From positions 26,958 to 90,957 of the forward strand of contig CAZNPA010000005.1 in NCBI GenBank assembly GCA_964575095.1: a stretch of DNA of 64,000 bases. Direction: 5' to 3'. A program made the translations under genes and the position numbers. This DNA is from an uncultured Rickettsiales bacterium (GTDB taxonomy: Bacteria > Pseudomonadota > Alphaproteobacteria > Rickettsiales > SXRF01). Of the stretch, positions 57,031 through 64,000 are shown one piece after another. The notes beneath the pieces were generated by a model, which saw only the letters and a program-made list of their open reading frames with translations, did not search any database and was not told the DNA's origin. Numbering within the stretch: the first letter of the stretch is position 1; every line of letters begins with the position of its first letter.

Positions 57031-58236
57031 ATGTTCAAATACTTGATTTTAGTGCTGGCCTTAACCGGTGCGGCGCTTCCGGCAAGAGCGGAAGAGCCGC
57101 AGGAAACAGGAGCACTGGCACGGCTGGAGGAAAAGCTGCGCCAGCATCCGGAAATCGCCGCCTATGCCAGCCGTGTGGAAGCTTCCGGCAGCTACGCCAA
57201 GGGCGAGATGGGGCTGCCCGATCCGATGCTGTTCATCGAGCAGGAGGACTACCGCTTCCGCTCCGACATGGGACGCGGCGGCGGGGATAAAATGATCGGT
57301 TTTCGCCAGGAAATTCCGCGCTATTCTCTGCGCGAGGCGCGCGCCGACCGGCTAAAAGTTGAATCACACAAGAATAAGCTGCTTCAGGATTATGCCTTCG
57401 CCTCGATGAAAGCGAAGATGATCGCTTCCTTTGCCAACCTGCAAAAAGTCAAGGAACTGAGCGCCATCGCGCTGGAGCAGGAAAAACTGCTTAAAACTCA
57501 ACGCCAGAGTTTGAAAGGTAGCGTTGCCGCTAACCGCGCAGGTTTAAGTACCGTGCCAATGACCGACGCGGAGATTCAGGAAATCGACATTATGCTGTCC
57601 GAGCTGGAGGAAGAACGGCACGGCATCGAAGCCATGCTCATAAACATGCTGGGCGAAGCGCCGGACGTTACCCTTCCTCCTGTTGAAATAGCCGCGTGGA
57701 ACCGCGATCCCGCTAAAACCTATCCCGTTATCATCGCCGCTTCCGACATCGATATGGCGAAGAAGGACGTGGACATCCGCGAAGCGGAATACGGCCCTAA
57801 CTTCGAGATTCGGGCAAGCGGGGGAAGAATGAATGACGGAGCCGACGGCGGTTCTATCATGCTGGGTTTGAGCATTCCCCTGTGGGCGTCGGAAAACCAG
57901 AAGCCCAAGCTGCAAGGCGCGAAGGCATCGCTGTCGGCGGCGGAGTCCGACCGGGACGCCGTCAAGCGCCAGATCATCGAGAAGCTGGATCACCTGAAAG
58001 CGCAGATCGATACCAGCGTCAGGAAAATAGAACTGTTCGAGAAAAAAGAATCTCTCCTGAAGGCGGCGGCGAACGCCGCTTCCAGGGAGTATGAGGCGGG
58101 CAAAGGCGACTTTGCCGCGATCCTCAAAACCCGCCGCGAAGCCTTTTCGGTGCGGGCGCAAGCGGCAACGGAGCGGGCGAAACACACCGCGCTCGTCGCC
58201 GATTTCAACCGTTACATCATAGGAGAATCCCAATGA
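57031..58236 (+). CDS. outer-membrane efflux protein (TolC/CusC/CzcC family)
   Basis: MFKYLILVLALTGAALPARA is a signal peptide and is followed by two OEP repeats. The start is the internal ATG, preceded by gagagg. Confidence 0.8.
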   Translation: MFKYLILVLALTGAALPARAEEPQETGALARLEEKLRQHPEIAAYASRVEASGSYAKGEMGLPDPMLFIEQEDYRFRSDMGRGGGDKMIGFRQEIPRYSLREARADRLKVESHKNKLLQDYAFASMKAKMIASFANLQKVKELSAIALEQEKLLKTQRQSLKGSVAANRAGLSTVPMTDAEIQEIDIMLSELEEERHGIEAMLINMLGEAPDVTLPPVEIAAWNRDPAKTYPVIIAASDIDMAKKDVDIREAEYGPNFEIRASGGRMNDGADGGSIMLGLSIPLWASENQKPKLQGAKASLSAAESDRDAVKRQIIEKLDHLKAQIDTSVRKIELFEKKESLLKAAANAASREYEAGKGDFAAILKTRREAFSVRAQAATERAKHTALVADFNRYIIGESQ

Positions 58237-58508
58237 AAAAATTACTCAGCACTTTCGTCATCGCGCTCACCCTTTTAGGAAGCGCCGCCTATGCGGAAGA
58301 CAAACCCAGTCCGCTGACGGCGCAGCAGGCCACTCAGCTGTTGGAGGAAGGCAAGACGGTCTATTCCTGCTCAATGAAAACCGACTGGTTTTCCGACAAG
58401 ACCGGCCAATGTCCATGCTGCACGATGGATTTGGAAAAAGTGAAGGAGATCAAGGACGGCAAGGCCGTTTTTGACAATCACGACATGAATATGATGGAGA
58501 AGAAGTAA
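58233..58508 (+). CDS. small periplasmic protein with a variant heavy-metal-binding motif
   Basis: This 91-aa ORF has a signal peptide and YSCSMKTDWFSDKTGQCPCCTMDLEKV, a variant of the YxCPMHP...CPxCGMxL motif. Confidence 0.6.
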   Translation: MKKLLSTFVIALTLLGSAAYAEDKPSPLTAQQATQLLEEGKTVYSCSMKTDWFSDKTGQCPCCTMDLEKVKEIKDGKAVFDNHDMNMMEKK

Positions 58509-59947
58509 TGAAAAAATTACCGCTGCCGCTTCTAATGGGCGCCGTTATCGGCACCCAGGCATTGCTGAACGGGGTAAGCCTTGTGCTGCCTCCGCAGGCG
58601 CACAACGTCTTGGAAAACATTTCCAGCGCCAGCTTTATCTCGTCGGCCTATGCCGAGGAAGCGGCGGCGGTGAAATATACCTGCCCGATGCACCCGCAGA
58701 TCATTTCCGACAAGCCGGGCAAATGCCCGATCTGCGGCATGGATTTGGTGGCCATCGACCACGGCCATGATCACAGTGAGAAAGAAGAAGCGCCGAGCAA
58801 CGTGGTTCAGGACGATTCGGGACGCAAGGTGCTCTACTGGCACGATCCGATGGTGCCGGGAAAGAAATTCGACAAGCCCGGCAAATCGCCGTTCATGGAT
58901 ATGCAGCTGGTGCCGAAATATGCCGATGAGTCCGGCGCAGAAGTTAGCGGCGGCAAGCCGGTCGTGTCCATCAGCGCCGAGAATATCCAGAAAATGGGCG
59001 TGCGGACAGAAAAGGTTATGAAATCCTCCTTTGGCGGGGGCTTGCGCGCAACCGGCATCATCATGGAAAACGAACGCACGCGCTGGGATTTATTCAGTCA
59101 GGTCGAAGGTCGCGTGGACGAGTTGAAATACAGTGCCCCCGGTGACAAGGTGAAGAAAGGCGATCTGTTCTATACGCTCTACAGCCCAGAACTGCTTGCC
59201 TTGCAGAATGACTATATTGCAACGGCGAAAGCGGGATACAAAGACTTGGCCGCCAGCGCCCGCAAACGCATGAAGCTGCTGGGCGTCGATGACAAGGTGC
59301 TCTCTACATTGGCTAAGACCGGCAAAGCCTATGACAGCGTGCCGTTTTACATTCCCACGGACGGCATTTTGAACCGGCTGGAAATCCGCAAAGGGCATTA
59401 CCTGATGGTGAATGCCGAGATCGGCCATATCCAGGATTTGTCCACCGTTTGGGTGGAAGCCGCCATTCCCGAAAAGGATTTGAATACGATCAAGGAAGGA
59501 GATCAGGCGAAGGTCATAGTGTCCGGAAGCAGCATCGAATTGGAAGCGACAGTGGATTATATCTACCCCACCATCACGCCGGAGACGCGCACCGGCAAGG
59601 CGCGGCTGGTGGTTAGCAACCCTGACGACCTGCTGAAACCCGCCGGATACGCCACCGTCAGCTTCGCGGTGGGCGGTGCAAGTGAAGCACTGACCGTGCC
59701 CAGCTCCGCGATCCTGCGCGACAGCGGCGGCGAGCACGTTATCGTCAGCATGGGCGGCGGCAAGTTCCAGGCGCGCGAGGTCAAGGCGGGTATGGCCTCG
59801 GAAGGGCGAACGGAAATCCTGAGCGGGCTTTCCGGCGATGAGGACGTCGTGGTGAACGGCCAGTTCCTGATCGACTCCGAATCGAATTTGCGCGAGTCGC
59901 TCAATAAATTAAGCTCGCAGAGCAAGGAGGCATCTCATGAAAAATAA
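58508..59947 (+). CDS. efflux RND periplasmic adaptor (CusB/CzcB-like MFP) with an N-terminal metal-binding motif
   Basis: This 479-aa ORF has YTCPMHPQIISDKPGKCPICGMDLV and the HlyD/MFP barrel-sandwich pattern. Confidence 0.88.
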   Translation: MKKLPLPLLMGAVIGTQALLNGVSLVLPPQAHNVLENISSASFISSAYAEEAAAVKYTCPMHPQIISDKPGKCPICGMDLVAIDHGHDHSEKEEAPSNVVQDDSGRKVLYWHDPMVPGKKFDKPGKSPFMDMQLVPKYADESGAEVSGGKPVVSISAENIQKMGVRTEKVMKSSFGGGLRATGIIMENERTRWDLFSQVEGRVDELKYSAPGDKVKKGDLFYTLYSPELLALQNDYIATAKAGYKDLAASARKRMKLLGVDDKVLSTLAKTGKAYDSVPFYIPTDGILNRLEIRKGHYLMVNAEIGHIQDLSTVWVEAAIPEKDLNTIKEGDQAKVIVSGSSIELEATVDYIYPTITPETRTGKARLVVSNPDDLLKPAGYATVSFAVGGASEALTVPSSAILRDSGGEHVIVSMGGGKFQAREVKAGMASEGRTEILSGLSGDEDVVVNGQFLIDSESNLRESLNKLSSQSKEASHEK

Positions 59948-60368
59948 AACGAGCGTATGTTCATTACTTACAGGCGGCGCGGCGGGAGGCATGGGGCTTT
60001 TCGGTCTTTCGATTTGCTGTTTGCCCGTAGCCGCAGGATTTACAGGGCTATTGGGAATAGTTGCCGTATTCTCCTATCAATATGCCAAATGGCTTGTAAT
60101 CGCTGGGGTGGTTCTTTTGATAATGAGCGGGTTTTTGTTCTGGAAGACGCGTTCACGCATCCGCCTTTCCTCGACTCTAACTTGCCCGGAGTGTGGATTC
60201 CAAAAAGAGGAAGCCATGCCGAAAGACGCCTGCATCTATTTTTACGAATGCTCGCAGTGCCATGCCCAATTAAAGCCGAAGGAAGGCGATTGTTGTGTCT
60301 TCTGTTCATACGGCAGCGTGCCGTGCCCACCGAAACAAGCGAATTGTGAGTGTTCCCATGACCAATAA
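59937..60368 (+). CDS. membrane protein with a MerT/MerC-like vicinal-Cys TM region and a C-terminal GDCCVxC Cys-rich domain
   Basis: This 143-aa ORF has LSICCLPVAAG in TM1. The C-terminus reads CPECGF...CIYFYECSQCHAQLKPKEGDCCVFCSYGSVPCPP. It overlaps both neighbours by 11 nt. Confidence 0.6.
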   Translation: MKNKTSVCSLLTGGAAGGMGLFGLSICCLPVAAGFTGLLGIVAVFSYQYAKWLVIAGVVLLIMSGFLFWKTRSRIRLSSTLTCPECGFQKEEAMPKDACIYFYECSQCHAQLKPKEGDCCVFCSYGSVPCPPKQANCECSHDQ

Positions 60369-63300
60369 TCTCTCGCACGATCCCACCCAAACCTTCATCG
60401 CCCGCGTCATCGATTGGTCGGTGCGTAACCCGCTCTTGATATCCATCTTCGCGCTGCTGATCCTCGTGGGTGGCATTTTAGCCGTGCAGCGCACGCCACT
60501 TGATGCGATTCCTGATCTATCGGACACACAAGTTATCGTCCGCACGGATTTTGAAGGGCAATCGCCGCAGATTATTGAGGATTTAGTCACCTATCCTCTA
60601 TCCTCCGCCATGCTGGGTTTACCAAAGGCAAAAGTAGTACGCGGATTTTCGATGTTCGGTGCATCTTTCGTCTATGTGATTTTCAAGGACGGCACGGATT
60701 TATACTGGGCGCGCTCGCGGGTCATCGAAGCGCTCTCCAAGATTCAGGCACAGCTTCCGGCGAACGCCAAGGCGCAGATCGGGCCGGACGCCACCGGCGT
60801 CGGCTGGGTGTATCAATACGCGCTAGTGGATAAAAGCGGCAAGCTCGATCTATCGCAGCTTCGCTCCTTGCAGGATTGGTTCCTGAAATTCGAACTGGCG
60901 ACCGTCCCCGGTGTGGCGGAAGTGGCCAGTGTCGGCGGCTTCGTGAAGGAATATCAGGTGCTGGCCGATCCCATCAAGCTGCGCGCCTACGGTATTCCGC
61001 TGATGCGCTTGCAGGAGGCCATCCGCGCTTCCAGTGAGGAAGCGGGCGGGCGCGTCATCGAGCAGGCGGAAACCGAATTTGTCGTTCGCGCCAAAGGTTA
61101 CGTCACCAAAACCGCCGATCTGGAAAAGCTGGTGCTGAAAGCCGAAGGCGGTACGCCGGTCTATTTGTCCGATGTCGCCCGCGTCATTGAGGGGCCGGAG
61201 CTACGGCGCGGCGTCACCGAACTGAACGGCGAAGGCGAAGTGGTCAGCGGCATCGTCGTCATGCGACCGGGCGGCAATGCCCTGAACGTCATTGAGGCGA
61301 TCCGTAAGAAGATAGAAGCGATCAAGCCCGGTCTGCCGGAAAGCGTCGAGATCGTACCGGTCTATGACCGCGCGCCGCTGATCGAAGGCTCGGTGGAATA
61401 TCTGACGCACAAGCTGATCGAGGAAGCGATCGTCGTGTCGCTGGTCTGCCTGATCTTCCTGCTGCACGTCCGCTCGTCCTTCGTCGCCATCGTGACGCTG
61501 CCACTGGGCGTGCTGGCAGCGTTCATCGTCATGTCCTGGCAGGGCATCACCGCCAATATCATGTCGCTGGGCGGCATCGCCATCGCTATCGGCGCGATGG
61601 TGGACGCCAGCATCGTCATGGTCGAAAATGCCCACCGGAAACTTTCAGAGATGCGTGCTGATGCTACGCTTCAGGAAAAGCGTGATGCACTCTTGCTTGC
61701 AGCGAAGGAAGTGGGTCCCGGATTATTTTTCTCACTCTTGATTATCACTGTATCCTTCTTGCCGGTGTTCGCGCTGACCGGCCAGTCGGAACGGCTGTTC
61801 TCGCCATTGGCTTTTACCAAAACCTACTCAATGGCGGCTGCTTCGATTCTGTCGGTGACAGTAGTTCCGCTGCTCATGCTATGGCTGATTCGCGGGCGCA
61901 TTTTGCCGGAAGAGCGAAACCCCATAAATCGCTTCTTCATTGCCGTCTATCAACCCGTTCTCGCGGCGGCGCTCAAAGCGAAATGGCTGACGCTGGCGAT
62001 TGCAGGCGTGCTGCTTCTCAGCATGGCCATCCCTATCTGGCGCACCGGCTCGGAATTCATGCCCGCTCTCTATGAGGGCGATCTACTTTATATGCCGACG
62101 ACGCTGCCGGGCGTTTCCATCACGAAAGCAAAAGAAATCCTGCAAACCACCAACCGCGCCATCAAGACCGTGCCGGAAGTGGAAACTGTGTTCGGCAAGG
62201 CGGGACAGGCGGAAACCGCCACCGACCCCGCACCGATCTCGATGATCGAAACCTGGATACGCCTCAAGCCAAAGGATCAATGGCGCGCAGGACTTACCAC
62301 CGAGATGCTAATCAAGGAGATGGACAGCCTTACTAAAATGCCAGGATTGGTGAATAGCTGGGGCTACCCGATTAAAATCCGTATCGACATGGTGACGACC
62401 GGCATCCGCACACCGGTAGGCATCAAGGTGTCCGGCTCCGATCTGAACGTCATCGGCGAGGTGGCGTTGCAGGTGGAACAGGCGGTGAAGGATATTCCCG
62501 GCACGCGTTCCGCCTTCGCCGACCGCGTGGTGGGCGCGAAATACCTGGAAATCGAGCCGAATCGTTCCGCCATAGCCCGCTACGGCATTGACCTCGGCAT
62601 GGTGCAGGACGTGATCGCCACGGCGCTCGGCGGCATGAAACTCAGCGAATCGGTGCAGGGCCGCGAGCGCTACGGCATCATGTTGCGCTACGACCGGCCT
62701 TTCCGCGAATCCATCGAGGACGTGAAGGAAATCCTTGTCGCCGCACCGAACGGCGCACAGATTCCGCTGGGCGAGCTGGCCGACATCAAACTCACTCCCG
62801 GCCCGCAGATGATCGTCTCCGAAAACGCGCGGCTCAACGGCTGGGTGTTTGTGGACATTGCCGGGCGCGATATCGGCAGCTATGTGGCCGAAGCGCAGAA
62901 GGTTGTCGCCGAAAAGGTCAAGCTGCCGGCAGGTTACTCCATCGGCTGGTCAGGCCAGTTCGAGCAGATGCTGGAAGCCCGCGCGCGGCTCAACATCGCC
63001 ATTCCCGCCACCATCGCCATTATCTTCGTGCTGCTGGTGATGCATTTCGGGAGGTTGGATCGCACGCTGATGGTGATGCTGTCGCTGCCTTTCGGCCTGA
63101 TCGGCGGCGTGTGGACGCTCTATCTGGCGGGGTATAACTTCTCCGTCGCGGTGGCGGTAGGCTTCATTGCCCTAGCCGGTATCGCGGTGGAAACCGCCGT
63201 GGTGATGCTGATTTATCTCGATCATCAGGTGCGCCACCACCCGCCGCAAAACGCCCAGCAGTTATTCGATGCCGTGATGCACGGCGCGGTGCTGCGCGTG

Positions 63301-63492
63301 CGTCCCAAACTAATGACGGTATCCGTCATCATCGCCGGTCTGCTGCCGGTCTTCATCACGGACGGTCTCGGCGCGGACGTCATGCGCCGCATCGCCCTGC
63401 CGATGGTCGGCGGCATGATCTCCACTACCTTGCTGACATTAATTGTGATTCCCGTTATTTATTACCTGTGGGAAAGTAGAAAATTAAAATAA
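60358..63492 (+). CDS. heavy-metal efflux RND permease (CusA/CzcA family)
   Basis: This approximately 1044-aa ORF starts MTNNLSHDPTQTFIARVIDWSVRNPLL and has 12 TM helices and two large periplasmic loops, typical of HME-RND pumps. Confidence 0.93.
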   Translation: MTNNLSHDPTQTFIARVIDWSVRNPLLISIFALLILVGGILAVQRTPLDAIPDLSDTQVIVRTDFEGQSPQIIEDLVTYPLSSAMLGLPKAKVVRGFSMFGASFVYVIFKDGTDLYWARSRVIEALSKIQAQLPANAKAQIGPDATGVGWVYQYALVDKSGKLDLSQLRSLQDWFLKFELATVPGVAEVASVGGFVKEYQVLADPIKLRAYGIPLMRLQEAIRASSEEAGGRVIEQAETEFVVRAKGYVTKTADLEKLVLKAEGGTPVYLSDVARVIEGPELRRGVTELNGEGEVVSGIVVMRPGGNALNVIEAIRKKIEAIKPGLPESVEIVPVYDRAPLIEGSVEYLTHKLIEEAIVVSLVCLIFLLHVRSSFVAIVTLPLGVLAAFIVMSWQGITANIMSLGGIAIAIGAMVDASIVMVENAHRKLSEMRADATLQEKRDALLLAAKEVGPGLFFSLLIITVSFLPVFALTGQSERLFSPLAFTKTYSMAAASILSVTVVPLLMLWLIRGRILPEERNPINRFFIAVYQPVLAAALKAKWLTLAIAGVLLLSMAIPIWRTGSEFMPALYEGDLLYMPTTLPGVSITKAKEILQTTNRAIKTVPEVETVFGKAGQAETATDPAPISMIETWIRLKPKDQWRAGLTTEMLIKEMDSLTKMPGLVNSWGYPIKIRIDMVTTGIRTPVGIKVSGSDLNVIGEVALQVEQAVKDIPGTRSAFADRVVGAKYLEIEPNRSAIARYGIDLGMVQDVIATALGGMKLSESVQGRERYGIMLRYDRPFRESIEDVKEILVAAPNGAQIPLGELADIKLTPGPQMIVSENARLNGWVFVDIAGRDIGSYVAEAQKVVAEKVKLPAGYSIGWSGQFEQMLEARARLNIAIPATIAIIFVLLVMHFGRLDRTLMVMLSLPFGLIGGVWTLYLAGYNFSVAVAVGFIALAGIAVETAVVMLIYLDHQVRHHPPQNAQQLFDAVMHGAVLRVRPKLMTVSVIIAGLLPVFITDGLGADVMRRIALPMVGGMISTTLLTLIVIPVIYYLWESRKLK

Positions 63493-63505
63493 GGGGCCGC
63501 GCACA

Positions 63506-63844
63506 ATGCTTTTTTTGACAAAAACTCTGATTACCGCGCTCATCGTCGCCGCCGTGTCGGAGCTGGCGCGGCGCTATACAGTATGGGCGGCACTGCTGGC
63601 CTCGTTACCGCTGACTTCCATTCTAGCGTTCATCTGGGTCTATTGGGATACGAAAGACACCAACAAGATCATTGAGCTTTCTTATTCCGTGTTCTGGCTA
63701 GTGTTTCCGTCACTCGCATTCTTCCTGATTCTGCCCTTCCTGCTTAAGCAAGGACTCGCTTTTCCGTGGGCGATGGTGGCATCGGTCACGGCGATGGCCG
63801 CGCTCTACGGCGCTGGCTTGTGGCTTTTCAAGGTTGTGGCATAG
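63506..63844 (+). CDS. small 4-TM membrane protein (DUF3147-like)
   Basis: This 112-aa hydrophobic ORF has the position and size typical of DUF3147 proteins in metal islands, as I recall it. Confidence 0.5.
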   Translation: MLFLTKTLITALIVAAVSELARRYTVWAALLASLPLTSILAFIWVYWDTKDTNKIIELSYSVFWLVFPSLAFFLILPFLLKQGLAFPWAMVASVTAMAALYGAGLWLFKVVA

Positions 63845-63853
63845 GCAGAATTT

Positions 63854-64000
63854 ATGGATCACTCAAAACATGAAAATCATTGCTGTCATCACGAACATCA
63901 CGCCAGTCCTGTAGCGGCTTCACCCGCAGCCACGCAGGGCGGCGGCGTGATGTACACCTGCCCGATGCATCCACAAGTGCGACAGCCGAAGCCGGGCAAC
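63854..64000 (+). CDS. heavy-metal-translocating P-type ATPase, N-terminal fragment (runs off the window)
   Basis: Translation gives MDHSKHENHCCHHEHHASPVAASPAATQGGGVMYTCPMHPQVRQPKPGN... It has a His-rich N-terminus and the same YTCPMHP motif, as seen at the start of many CopA/SilP-type pumps. Confidence 0.55.
   Translation, partial: MDHSKHENHCCHHEHHASPVAASPAATQGGGVMYTCPMHPQVRQPKPGN

Overview
This window looks like a chromosomal segment from a GC-rich bacterium, probably an alphaproteobacterium. That guess is an inference from DUF2336, ExoD, ScoAB, split GlyQ/GlyS and a Rickettsiales-style vir gene order. No database search or computation was possible.

Housekeeping genes:
- Left part: aspS, rnd, uvrB, csp, nadK, scoAB, ridA.
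- Middle: thiSG, aroQ, ygfZ, glyQ-panD-glyS, ppdK, gltX, cysS.

Accessory blocks:
1. 14.5-25.4 kb is a compact P-type type IV secretion locus (virB2 x3, virB4, virB6, virB8, virB9, virB10, virB11, virD4). I could not find virB1, virB3, virB5, virB7 or a relaxase. Its only VirB4 has lost the Walker A, Walker B and downstream NTPase motifs, so it looks like a pseudo-ATPase.
2. 48.6-55.2 kb is an integrative element abutting tRNA-Glu(CUC). It carries a large serine recombinase whose 3' end reads antisense through the tRNA, a PrimPol/DUF3987 replicase, an Xis/AlpA-like protein and orphan genes. It has dyad-symmetric GCTAAY iteron-like arrays, and the gene set resembles a phage satellite or small integrative element.
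3. 55.2-64 kb is a copper/silver-type efflux block (OMF, MFP and RND genes, then the start of a P-type ATPase). It includes an embedded MerT-like/GDCCVxC membrane protein, three copies of a YxCxMHP...CPxCGM-type metal motif, an orphan DUF2063 gene and a secreted Cys-rich protein.

Other notable signals:
- A roughly 120-nt chimeric relic at 46694-46812 joins the last 17 codons of the Rieske gene to the last 27 codons of the trmH-family gene at a GGCGCC microhomology. All differences from the intact genes are silent or conservative.
- A roughly 100-nt palindromic element sits in frame inside the trmH-family methyltransferase, with an intergenic sibling at 28134-28222.
- The 3' end of tRNA-Thr is duplicated 100 nt from the gene.
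- Two translationally coupled genes are built from three copies of one winged-helix-like module, next to tandem DUF2336 paralogs.
- Several short tandem 7-8-nt repeat arrays occur.

No rRNA genes or CRISPR array were seen. Many long ORFs in the track are antisense shadow ORFs of GC-rich genes and were rejected.
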